Below, one piece after another: positions 16,475-24,814 of a DNA stretch of 26,138 nucleotides. The notes beneath the pieces are model-generated. The model saw nothing but the letters and a program-made list of their open reading frames with translations, was not told the DNA's origin and ran no database searches. Positions within the stretch are counted from its first letter, which is position 1, and every line of letters begins with the position of its first letter. This DNA comes from a virus (taxonomy: Duplodnaviria > Caudoviricetes). The translations under genes were made by a program, and so were the position numbers. The stretch spans positions 1 through 26,138 of the IMG/VR virus record IMGVR_UViG_3300020191_001397; one strand, given 5' to 3'.

Positions 16475-17667
16475 GACAAGTAAAATTAGTAAACAATTGT
16501 AGAAGTTGCAATGCAACTTTAGAAAAACAAGTTTTTGATATTGGTGAACTAAAGATCAATGCATTTACTCCAGAGCCCAACACAGATGTTGGAAGTGCGC
16601 CTCTTACACTTATGCATTGTGATAAATGTGATCTTATTCAATTAAGCCACACTGTGCGTGAACAAGAGTTATATGAAAACTATTGGTATTTGTCAAGATT
16701 AAATAAAAAAATTGTTGACAACTTACAAAGTATCGTACAAGATGTATGTTGTGAAGTAGATGTTAACCAAGGAGATCTAGTACTTGACATTGGAGCAAAT
16801 GACGGAACACTATTAAGTTTTTATAATAGTGATAATGTTATTAGAGTTGGATGTGATCCTGCTAAAAACATTCACAGTGAATTAGAAAAGAACTGCGATT
16901 TAATGATTGGAGACTTTTTTAATAAAGAGAACTGGACTAATGCTGTAGGAAAGCGTAAAGCAAAGATTATTACAACTGTTGCCATGTTTTATGATTTAGA
17001 TGACCCAAACAGTTTTGTATCAGATATAAAAGACATATTAGATAATGATGGCGTTTGGTTATGTCAGCTAATGACTGCTCGACCAATGCTGGACTCAAAT
17101 GATTTGGGTAATGTAATTCATGAACATATTGAATATTATACATACAAAAGTTTAGTAAACTTAATGGAAAGACATGAGCTAGAAATATTTGATGTGCGTG
17201 AAAATGATATCAATGGTGGAAGTTACCAGTTGTTTATTCGTCATAAAAATTCTGGAAGTATTAACTATGCTGAAAATATTACACCAGAGCATATTAATAA
17301 CTGGGCAAAAAATATAGATAAGAATCGCGATGATACAATGCATTTTATACGCTCTGAAAGAGCGTCTGGTAAACGTATCTATATTATGGGTGCAAGTACT
17401 AAAGGTAATACTATTATGCAGTATTATGGATTAGACGGCGATACAATTGATGGAGCAGCTGAAATACATCCTGATAAAATTGGTAAATACTTAGTAGGTA
17501 GTAATATTCCCATTGTACATGAAGATGAAGCCAAAGAGAAAGCCGATTACTTTTTAGTATTCCCTTTTCATTTTAAAGAATTGTTTGTTAACAAAATTAT
17601 GGCAGACTGGATTGCAGGCGGCGGTAAACTAATTTTCTGTACACCAAATTTTGAGGTAGTAGGATAA
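16471..17667 (+). CDS. Zn-binding SAM-dependent NDP-hexose C-methyltransferase (TylC3/NovU/TcaB9-like)
   Basis: CRSC...CDKCDLIQL zinc site, LDIGANDGTLL, IHEHIEYY, INGGS and GASTKGNT. Start placed at 16471 (ATGA overlap) rather than 16459. Confidence 0.88.
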   Translation: MRQVKLVNNCRSCNATLEKQVFDIGELKINAFTPEPNTDVGSAPLTLMHCDKCDLIQLSHTVREQELYENYWYLSRLNKKIVDNLQSIVQDVCCEVDVNQGDLVLDIGANDGTLLSFYNSDNVIRVGCDPAKNIHSELEKNCDLMIGDFFNKENWTNAVGKRKAKIITTVAMFYDLDDPNSFVSDIKDILDNDGVWLCQLMTARPMLDSNDLGNVIHEHIEYYTYKSLVNLMERHELEIFDVRENDINGGSYQLFIRHKNSGSINYAENITPEHINNWAKNIDKNRDDTMHFIRSERASGKRIYIMGASTKGNTIMQYYGLDGDTIDGAAEIHPDKIGKYLVGSNIPIVHEDEAKEKADYFLVFPFHFKELFVNKIMADWIAGGGKLIFCTPNFEVVG

Positions 17668-17668
17668 A

Positions 17669-18709
17669 ATGAATAAAATTTCTGATATGCTTAGTGGAGG
17701 CCCACATAGTCGTGTTATGGCTATAGTGTCTAGGCCCGATAGCGTTGGACTAACAATATCAGAAAAAACTAATATTATTGCACGTACATTTAGACTTGAT
17801 AATGATAACAAAGTTAAACTGTCCTGCTTTTATAACAAAGAAGTTGGCGATTACTTTGTTGACAAAATGTCTAAACTGACAGGAAAAGACAAAACACAAT
17901 TACGTAATGAGAAGGATCAATTTTGGTCCAATCAAAAATATACAATCAGTGGAGATATATTAAATGATAAAGAAATATTATTGGAAAAATTAAATGAACT
18001 TATTAAAAAACACACATCATACGGAACTATTTTAGTTTTTGATATTAATAATGCACAAGATTTAAATTATGTCCTTACAGAACTTCCTTATGAAATTTTA
18101 AATAGTTTTTACGAAGTAAAATTTAATCTACGACTAACAGCTCTTTATGAACATTTTAATTTTATAGAATATCCAAATCAATGGTCCAGTAATAAAGAAT
18201 ATAATATATTTTCTATAATTCATTTTGCTAATGAATTACCTTTTGCATCTGTTAATATTGATGTTAATTTAAATATGTATAATATATTACACATACTGGA
18301 TATGATTTGGTTCTTTAGAGAACGTATAGACAGTCATGTTAATTTTACCGTCAGTAATATTGATTTAATAGCGTTAGATGAAAACTTAGTCCAGTATATA
18401 AAAAATAATTATAAGAATTTTTATAATGACTATCGCAAACTTTGGGAAGATCAAGATAATCAAATTAAAAATATACTTGATTCAATAATTGATATTTTAT
18501 CTAAAAACCAAAATACAGATATGATGGCGATATATAATTTTAAAAAAATGCTAACACTTAAAGGTGAACAACAGAATCAATATTGGCATGATTATTTTCC
18601 TGAACTTAAAAAGATTTTAGATTTTCTAGAACGTTCTAAATCTAATGATCTTGTGAAATTACAGACAACTCAAAAGAAAAGGAAAACTATAATTGCAAAA
18701 GCTATATAA
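17669..18709 (+). CDS. Hypothetical protein; degenerate radical-SAM-like C-terminal half without the Fe-S motif
   Basis: HFNFIEYPNQW, LNMYNILHILDM and YFPELKKI parallel motifs in neighbouring twitch rSAMs. Only one Cys and no CxxxCxxC or GGEP. Confidence 0.5.
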   Translation: MNKISDMLSGGPHSRVMAIVSRPDSVGLTISEKTNIIARTFRLDNDNKVKLSCFYNKEVGDYFVDKMSKLTGKDKTQLRNEKDQFWSNQKYTISGDILNDKEILLEKLNELIKKHTSYGTILVFDINNAQDLNYVLTELPYEILNSFYEVKFNLRLTALYEHFNFIEYPNQWSSNKEYNIFSIIHFANELPFASVNIDVNLNMYNILHILDMIWFFRERIDSHVNFTVSNIDLIALDENLVQYIKNNYKNFYNDYRKLWEDQDNQIKNILDSIIDILSKNQNTDMMAIYNFKKMLTLKGEQQNQYWHDYFPELKKILDFLERSKSNDLVKLQTTQKKRKTIIAKAI

Positions 18710-20093
18710 GGATCAAATCAAAAATAATCCACATTTTTGTATAATGCCCTTTGCTCACAGTCATGTAAGCACTGAAGGAGAAGTTGCGCTCTGTTGTCTA
18801 GCGGCTTATAGATATGATTGTGGGGATCGACCTAACGTCAGACAGGAAAAAGATTTACAGGCACATTGGACCAGCGACTGGTATAAAGAACGGCGACAGC
18901 GTATGCTTGATGGTGAAGCACTGCCAGAATGTAGAACATGTTGGAAACAAGACAAGCAAGGTCCTGGCAGTGATCGAACCACTGCAAATCATATGGTTTT
19001 AAATCATTGGACTAACGAAATAGACGATAATTGGGATATAAATGTAGAAACTGGAAACACTTATAACACTCCATTGTGGACAGATATTAGACCTGGACAC
19101 ACATGTAATTATAAATGTAGAATGTGTACGCCTGGAGTAAGTGATAGTATTGACAAAGAACAATTAGAGCATACTGATGTTTATAAAGAAACTGGAGCAT
19201 ATCTCCAGGGTGTTAGTGAAGACGATCCCAAACATGTAACTGGATTAACATTTAAGGAAATGAGTAAGTGGATTGACGATCCAGTAACACGTGCCAGTTT
19301 GCACAAGTGGATTGAAAGTGAACATTATGTTACTATGAAACTTATTGGAGGAGAACCGTTGGCCACTCCTGGGTGTGTTAAATTAATCCAATGGTGTGTT
19401 GACAGCGGTAATACTAACTTTACTTTAGCAATTACTACTAATGGCAGTATTGCTAAAGGTAAAATATTAAATTTACTAGATCGATTTAAAGGAGTAAGGA
19501 TTGACTTTAGTGGAGACAGTAATTTAGTTTTAGATCCATTGGTAAACGAATATCAAAGAAAAAATGCAATCAGTAGTGTAATGCATGAAAATTTCATGTT
19601 GTTTAATACAATTGATAATTGTAGTGTTAATTATTTATGTGCAACTGGATTATACAATATTTTTAATATTGTAAACGTATTGGAATATTGGTATACATAT
19701 GGTATGCTAAACAAGAAAGATACAAATAATTATGGTAAGTTAATAATTAATTTAATTGAATATCCAGAAGAGTTTAATATTGAATTATTGCCAGAACAAT
19801 ACAGAATGGAAATTGCAGACCAAATACAATTATTTTTGCAACGTCCAAAATTTGTAAGCATATGCAATGAAGCATATGGCAACATTGAAATATTTACAAA
19901 GTCTAGTAGATTGGATTTATTAATTAATAGATTGAGAAAGCCATTATTGCCAGATAATAAAATCAATGTCCTGCGTAAAAAATTTGTAAAACGTACTGTT
20001 GCTTTTGATAAAATAAGACAAGATTCGTTTCGTAATTCATTAAATCCTAAAATTGTACAACTAATAGATGAGTGGTCTGATATAAATGACTGA
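18693..20093 (+). CDS. Twitch-domain radical SAM protein
   Basis: CNYKCRMC, LIGGEP, TTNGS. N-terminal FCIMPF...LCC...ECRTCW. TTG start. Confidence 0.88.
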   Translation: MQKLYKDQIKNNPHFCIMPFAHSHVSTEGEVALCCLAAYRYDCGDRPNVRQEKDLQAHWTSDWYKERRQRMLDGEALPECRTCWKQDKQGPGSDRTTANHMVLNHWTNEIDDNWDINVETGNTYNTPLWTDIRPGHTCNYKCRMCTPGVSDSIDKEQLEHTDVYKETGAYLQGVSEDDPKHVTGLTFKEMSKWIDDPVTRASLHKWIESEHYVTMKLIGGEPLATPGCVKLIQWCVDSGNTNFTLAITTNGSIAKGKILNLLDRFKGVRIDFSGDSNLVLDPLVNEYQRKNAISSVMHENFMLFNTIDNCSVNYLCATGLYNIFNIVNVLEYWYTYGMLNKKDTNNYGKLIINLIEYPEEFNIELLPEQYRMEIADQIQLFLQRPKFVSICNEAYGNIEIFTKSSRLDLLINRLRKPLLPDNKINVLRKKFVKRTVAFDKIRQDSFRNSLNPKIVQLIDEWSDIND

Positions 20094-22164
20094 CAATAAA
20101 AATAAAATATCTACCGGTGGAGTTGTTATTCATAATGATGATGACTTTACAGCTGATCGAGATCAAGTACTTAAACGTATGATGGCACGTGACGTTATAC
20201 AGCATGACAATAGTCACTTAGGTGGAATTGATGCCCAAAGTACACGGGTTCCATATTGGAGTGAAATTTATCAGAGTCAAGATGATGTTCGCCGACCGGC
20301 ATATTATAGTGATTTTTCAAATAAAAATCAAAAATTATACAAAGGAAGTATTGAACTAGTAATTTTACCAAGTTGGGGAGTAATATTTCCTCCTTATAAT
20401 ATAGCTAGATTGACTGGATTATTGCGCTATTATGATTATGAAGTTAAAGTTTCAGATATCAATATTAATGCATACAGGTATTTTAATTCACACTCTGGAT
20501 ATGATATAAATTGGTGGGACAGTAATAAAACTCATTACTGGGTAGAAGAAAATTATTGGACTTATATACACGAAGATTTAAAGCCAGTTCTTGATAGATA
20601 TATTTCGTCTATTGTTTCTAGAAAACCTGCACTTGTTGGTTTATCCTTATATACTACTAATTTACAGCCTAGCTTATACTTTATGCATCAATTAAAAGTA
20701 CATTTACCAAATGTTAGAATTGTAATTGGTGGACCAGGATGTTTTCAGACTGATGTATTGAATAGTGAACATCGCTGGTATAAAAAGAAAAATAAAATAG
20801 ATATTGATTTGTTTGACTATACAATTACTGGTGAAGGTGAACAAGAACTTCTTACACTAATGGAAAATTATAAAACAGATGAAATGAAATCGGGATCAAT
20901 TCTAGGAGGATTCAACAGTAATCTAGATTTAAATAATTTACCGTTTCCAGATTACAGTGATTATGATTTAAGTTGGTATGACTATAGTGATGGTGTTAGT
21001 CTAGAAACAAGCCGTGGATGTATTGCTAAGTGTACGTTTTGTAGTGAAACACATTTTTGGAAATACCGCTGGAGAGAAACTAATCGTGTTGTAGAAGAAA
21101 TGAAGTATCAGTATGATCGTTATGGTACTAGAAGATTTTGGTTTGTAGACAGTTTGGTTAATGGTAATTTTAAAGAGTTTAAAAGTCTAGTTGAAGGTAT
21201 AATTGAAAGCGGTATGAAAATACGCTGGAACAGTTATGCTAGATGTGACGGTCGTATGGATCTTGACTTTTTTAAAAAACTAAAACAAAGTGGGTGCATG
21301 AGTCTTAGTTTTGGTTTAGAAAGTGGCAGTCAACGTGTACTTGACAGTATGAAAAAAAATGTTAAGATTGAAGAAATGGTGGCTAATTTACGTGACTCAC
21401 GTTTAGCTGATGTAAATTGTCACGGTAATTGGATTGTAGGATTTCCGTCTGAACATAATGTTGATGCAGCACACAGTCTACAGTTTTTATGGAATATACG
21501 TAATGATTTATATGCCATTAGTCCAGGTTTTGGTTGTGGTATTGCACAATTTAGTGATATAGAAGTAAATGGATATAAAAACTATAAAATTATTCCTGAC
21601 GTTTATTTTGAAAATGAATGGTATACTGAAAATTTTAAAAATACTATTTTACACAGAAGTTTGCGTATTAAATTTATGGCTATCTTTATGGATTTAATTA
21701 AGGATCAAAATAGTTATATTGTTAATACACAAGCATACAAAAATATTAACAATTTTTATACTATAGAGTTTACAGACAATAATACTCCACTTGATTTTGT
21801 AGAGCAAACAGATGCCAACTTTGACTATTTTAGTAATCCTCAAAATGATATTGAAAAATTAAAATTTGGTATAGTTAATGAATATATTTCGTTTGCGTGG
21901 GCCATTTACAGTATATTTGGTGCATATAGTTTAACCATGGAGTTCAACAAAGAAAAAGATTTCGATGAATTTGGACCATCATTGACTCATGATTATTCGG
22001 CCAAGGTAAATATAATTATAGATACTGATGGTAACATGTGTTTAACACTATTGCATAGTTATACTGAATCAAAAGAATGGGAAGATTATCATAATTTAAA
22101 CTGGGATCATGAATCAGTAATAGTTGAAAAAAATATAAAAGAGTTTTTAACAAATGAAAATTAA
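20086..22164 (+). CDS. Cobalamin (B12)-binding radical SAM protein, class B methyltransferase-like
   Basis: PPYNIARL, LVGLSLY, IVIGGP, GEGE (B12-binding region), ETSRGCIAKCTFC, FWFVDSL, FGLESGSQRVL and IVGFPSE. Confidence 0.9.
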   Translation: MTDNKNKISTGGVVIHNDDDFTADRDQVLKRMMARDVIQHDNSHLGGIDAQSTRVPYWSEIYQSQDDVRRPAYYSDFSNKNQKLYKGSIELVILPSWGVIFPPYNIARLTGLLRYYDYEVKVSDININAYRYFNSHSGYDINWWDSNKTHYWVEENYWTYIHEDLKPVLDRYISSIVSRKPALVGLSLYTTNLQPSLYFMHQLKVHLPNVRIVIGGPGCFQTDVLNSEHRWYKKKNKIDIDLFDYTITGEGEQELLTLMENYKTDEMKSGSILGGFNSNLDLNNLPFPDYSDYDLSWYDYSDGVSLETSRGCIAKCTFCSETHFWKYRWRETNRVVEEMKYQYDRYGTRRFWFVDSLVNGNFKEFKSLVEGIIESGMKIRWNSYARCDGRMDLDFFKKLKQSGCMSLSFGLESGSQRVLDSMKKNVKIEEMVANLRDSRLADVNCHGNWIVGFPSEHNVDAAHSLQFLWNIRNDLYAISPGFGCGIAQFSDIEVNGYKNYKIIPDVYFENEWYTENFKNTILHRSLRIKFMAIFMDLIKDQNSYIVNTQAYKNINNFYTIEFTDNNTPLDFVEQTDANFDYFSNPQNDIEKLKFGIVNEYISFAWAIYSIFGAYSLTMEFNKEKDFDEFGPSLTHDYSAKVNIIIDTDGNMCLTLLHSYTESKEWEDYHNLNWDHESVIVEKNIKEFLTNEN

Positions 22165-22906
22165 TATTATAACAAATCCAAGATGCGGCAGTACATATTT
22201 TTATAATATGTTGGTTTTATTCTATTCTCCGTATCAACATTTTCACATGTGGAATGAACCGTTTAACTTAAATACAAAATCACACGGAAAAAATATAGAT
22301 GAACTCCTACATGAAGCAAACATGCGAACTGAAATAGTGTTAAAACACCACTGTACTTTTTTTAATTTTATGGAACCATACCAACTTGATAAATTAAAAA
22401 ATATGAAAAACTTTTATAACATTGTGTTAATAAGAAAAGATTTATTGCAAACTGCAATAAGTTTAGCTATAAGTACACACAAGGGAGAATGGACTAGTTA
22501 TACTGATACTAAAATCACAATACCTGTAGATGAATTTTTAAAATATTTAGAAACAATATATGTTAACACAAAAGAAATAATTAATAATAAACATGGATTT
22601 AAATATGATGAAATTGTTTATTATGAAAACTTAAAGTTTAATCATAATGAAGATTTTAATTTAACAATGTTAAGTAAAACATATGATTATAAAAAAATGC
22701 GAGAGTATTATCCAGAAATTAACCTATACAAAAAAAGTGATAAAATAAAACCGGCTCCTGATAAAGAAAACATTTTAGAAAATTATAATGAAATTTATGA
22801 GGCTGGAATAAATTACTTACAAGGAAAAGGAACTAAAAATTTTGGTATCCGAGATGGGAAATTATGGAGAATAAATTGCAATACTTTGAATAGGAACTTA
22901 TTATGA
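22154..22906 (+). CDS. Sulfotransferase-like protein (Stf0-like, P-loop fold)
   Basis: TNPRCGSTYF, NEPFN, LIRKDLLQTAISLAIS and VYYENL. Confidence 0.68.
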   Translation: MKINIITNPRCGSTYFYNMLVLFYSPYQHFHMWNEPFNLNTKSHGKNIDELLHEANMRTEIVLKHHCTFFNFMEPYQLDKLKNMKNFYNIVLIRKDLLQTAISLAISTHKGEWTSYTDTKITIPVDEFLKYLETIYVNTKEIINNKHGFKYDEIVYYENLKFNHNEDFNLTMLSKTYDYKKMREYYPEINLYKKSDKIKPAPDKENILENYNEIYEAGINYLQGKGTKNFGIRDGKLWRINCNTLNRNLL

Positions 22907-23349
22907 AAATATTAATTTTTGGTTTGCCAGGCAGTGGTAAAACTACGCTGGCAAAACCATTAGCAGAGCTTATTGGTGGTGTACACTTAAATGCTGATGA
23001 AGTACGCAAGCACTATGATGACTGGGACTTTACACCAGAAGGGCGTATGCGCCAAGCAGCACGTATGCGTTACTTGGCAGATGGGGTAGTCATGGCCGGC
23101 AAAATAGCAGTTGCCGACTTTGTGTGCCCAACTGAACAAGCCCGATTAGAATTTGCACCAGACTTTACAGTATGGATGGATACTATTAAAGAGGGTCGTT
23201 TTGAAGATACAAATAAGATGTTTGAAGTGCCACTGGACAAAGTAAACTATCATGTTGCTGAATGGTTTAGTGATACACATGCACAGTTGATGCCTGTTGT
23301 AAAACGTTGGATAGAACACAATGGTAGCAAGAACAAGGCATCTAGTTAA
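22903..23349 (+). CDS. cysC: Adenylylsulfate (APS) kinase-like protein, compact form
   Basis: GLPGSGKTT Walker A, LNADEVR, DFTPEGRMRQAARM, ADFVCP and FEVP follow the CysC pattern. Adjacent to DUF2061 and a sulfotransferase. Confidence 0.78.
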   Translation: MKILIFGLPGSGKTTLAKPLAELIGGVHLNADEVRKHYDDWDFTPEGRMRQAARMRYLADGVVMAGKIAVADFVCPTEQARLEFAPDFTVWMDTIKEGRFEDTNKMFEVPLDKVNYHVAEWFSDTHAQLMPVVKRWIEHNGSKNKASS

Positions 23350-23527
23350 AGCGGTAACCTGGCGAATTATTGCCAGCGTAACCACAGCACTTATTGCATT
23401 GACTTTTGGCGTACCGGCCAAAGCAGTAGGGGCAATATTCATAGCAGACTTGATTATTAAGTTTGCTTTGTATTATGCTCATGAACGTGTGTGGTACAAT
23501 TATATTAAGTTTGGAATTAAAGAATGA
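23321..23527 (+). CDS. DUF2061-family small membrane protein
   Basis: RHLVKAVTWRIIASVTT...KFALYYAHERVW, with two hydrophobic segments. Confidence 0.85.
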   Translation: MVARTRHLVKAVTWRIIASVTTALIALTFGVPAKAVGAIFIADLIIKFALYYAHERVWYNYIKFGIKE

Positions 23528-23937
23528 GTTTTGATTGGAAAAGACCCACCACACAAATGTTAGGACGATGGCAACCCTGGCATGATGGGCATACAGAACT
23601 GTTTAAGAGAGCATTAGCAGAAACAGGACAAGTAGTTATTATGATTCGTGATGTTGGCGGTATTGTAGGAGAAGATGCTGGAGCAGGACGTACTATAAAA
23701 CAAGACGATAATCCTTTTAATTTTGGGGATGTAAAAACTAAAATTATAGAAGGACTAGCACGTGCTGGTTATACATATAATGAACATTATCAAATTATGC
23801 ATGTTCCTAATATTGTGGATATTAGTTATGGTAGAGGTGTCGGATATACCTTTACAGAACACGATTTAGGTGCTATAATACATGATATAAGTGCTACTAA
23901 GATAAGGGCAGAAATGAGAGAAAACGGTGAGCTATAG
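23524..23937 (+). CDS. HxGH nucleotidyltransferase (cytidyltransferase-like/NadM-like; candidate minimal ATP sulfurylase)
   Basis: GRWQPWHDGH, DNPF and terminal ISATKIR. ATGA overlap with the upstream gene. Confidence 0.78.
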   Translation: MSFDWKRPTTQMLGRWQPWHDGHTELFKRALAETGQVVIMIRDVGGIVGEDAGAGRTIKQDDNPFNFGDVKTKIIEGLARAGYTYNEHYQIMHVPNIVDISYGRGVGYTFTEHDLGAIIHDISATKIRAEMRENGEL

Positions 23938-24109
23938 GAAATTAATAGATGGCACAAAAGCTGAAGAATATGAAAACCCAGTAGTATTACAGCTTATTAC
24001 CAAGTGTCCTGGAAAATATAAATTACTTGATCAAGAAACAGGTGAAGTATATGTTGGCACTAATCCAGGACCTGGCGAAAAAGTAAAGCACTGGAGAAAA
24101 GTAGAATAA
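23927..24109 (+). CDS. Small hypothetical protein
   Basis: 60 aa, GTG start, fills the gap between neighbours exactly. TKCPGKYKLLDQETGEVYVG suggests a small beta-rich fold. Confidence 0.6.
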   Translation: MSYRKLIDGTKAEEYENPVVLQLITKCPGKYKLLDQETGEVYVGTNPGPGEKVKHWRKVE

Positions 24110-24814
24110 ATGTTAGATGTATTTTTTCTAAGTTATGATGAACCATTTGCAGATGAAAACTTTGAGTTATTAAAGTTGTTTGCACCACACGCTAAACGTG
24201 TACACGGCATTAAAGGTATTTTTGATGCACACAAAGAGTGTGCCAGATTAGCAAAAACTGGACACTTCTATGTTTGCGATGCAGACTGCTTAATTGAAGA
24301 AGAATTTAGTTTTAAATTTAAACCAGACAAGGATCGTTTTGCTTATCCAAACACACCGGAAACAGATTGTGTTTATACTTGGCGTAGTCGTAATCCAGTA
24401 AATGATTTAATTTATGGTTACGGTGCTGTTAAGTTATTCCCTAAGAAAAACCTTATGGAAGCAGAAGATTGGAATGTAGATATGACTACAACTATTGGGG
24501 CTCCGTTTGTACCTAAATTTCAAATAAGTAATATTACAGCGTTTAATACAGATCCATTTAATACCTGGAAGAGTGCATTTCGTGAATGCACAAAACTGGC
24601 ATCAAGTATCATCCCCAATGCTGACAACACTGATAATGAATATCGACTTAAAGTGTGGTGTGAACGTGGAGCAAAGCGTGAATACGGAGAATACTCAATG
24701 CTAGGTGCACAACAAGGTGCTGATTTTGGTCGACATTATAAAAATAATATCAATGCATTAAAATTAATCAATGATTTTGACTGGTTACGGGAGCAATTTG
24801 AAAGTGCAAAATGA
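24110..24814 (+). CDS. Phage glycosyltransferase-like protein (SYDEP family, GT-A fold)
   Basis: DVFFLSYDEPFAD, HGIKGIFDAHKECA, YVCDAD (DxD), NDLIYGYGAVKLFP and WKSAFRECTKL. Paralog of 4682..5668. Confidence 0.72.
   Translation: MLDVFFLSYDEPFADENFELLKLFAPHAKRVHGIKGIFDAHKECARLAKTGHFYVCDADCLIEEEFSFKFKPDKDRFAYPNTPETDCVYTWRSRNPVNDLIYGYGAVKLFPKKNLMEAEDWNVDMTTTIGAPFVPKFQISNITAFNTDPFNTWKSAFRECTKLASSIIPNADNTDNEYRLKVWCERGAKREYGEYSMLGAQQGADFGRHYKNNINALKLINDFDWLREQFESAK

Noticed and set aside
5672-22164. 7-deazaguanine or other known DNA hypermodification pathway
   Set aside because: No QueC/QueD/FolE/DpdA, thymidylate-synthase-like or hydroxymethylase genes are in the window, and the rSAMs are much larger than QueE.
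630-23554. Short minus-strand ORFs in the track (e.g. 630..842, 4916..5263, 7455..7829, 23146..23442) and the nested + ORF 18814..19002
   Set aside because: All overlap well-supported + strand genes and show no recognisable motifs, so they are shadow ORFs.
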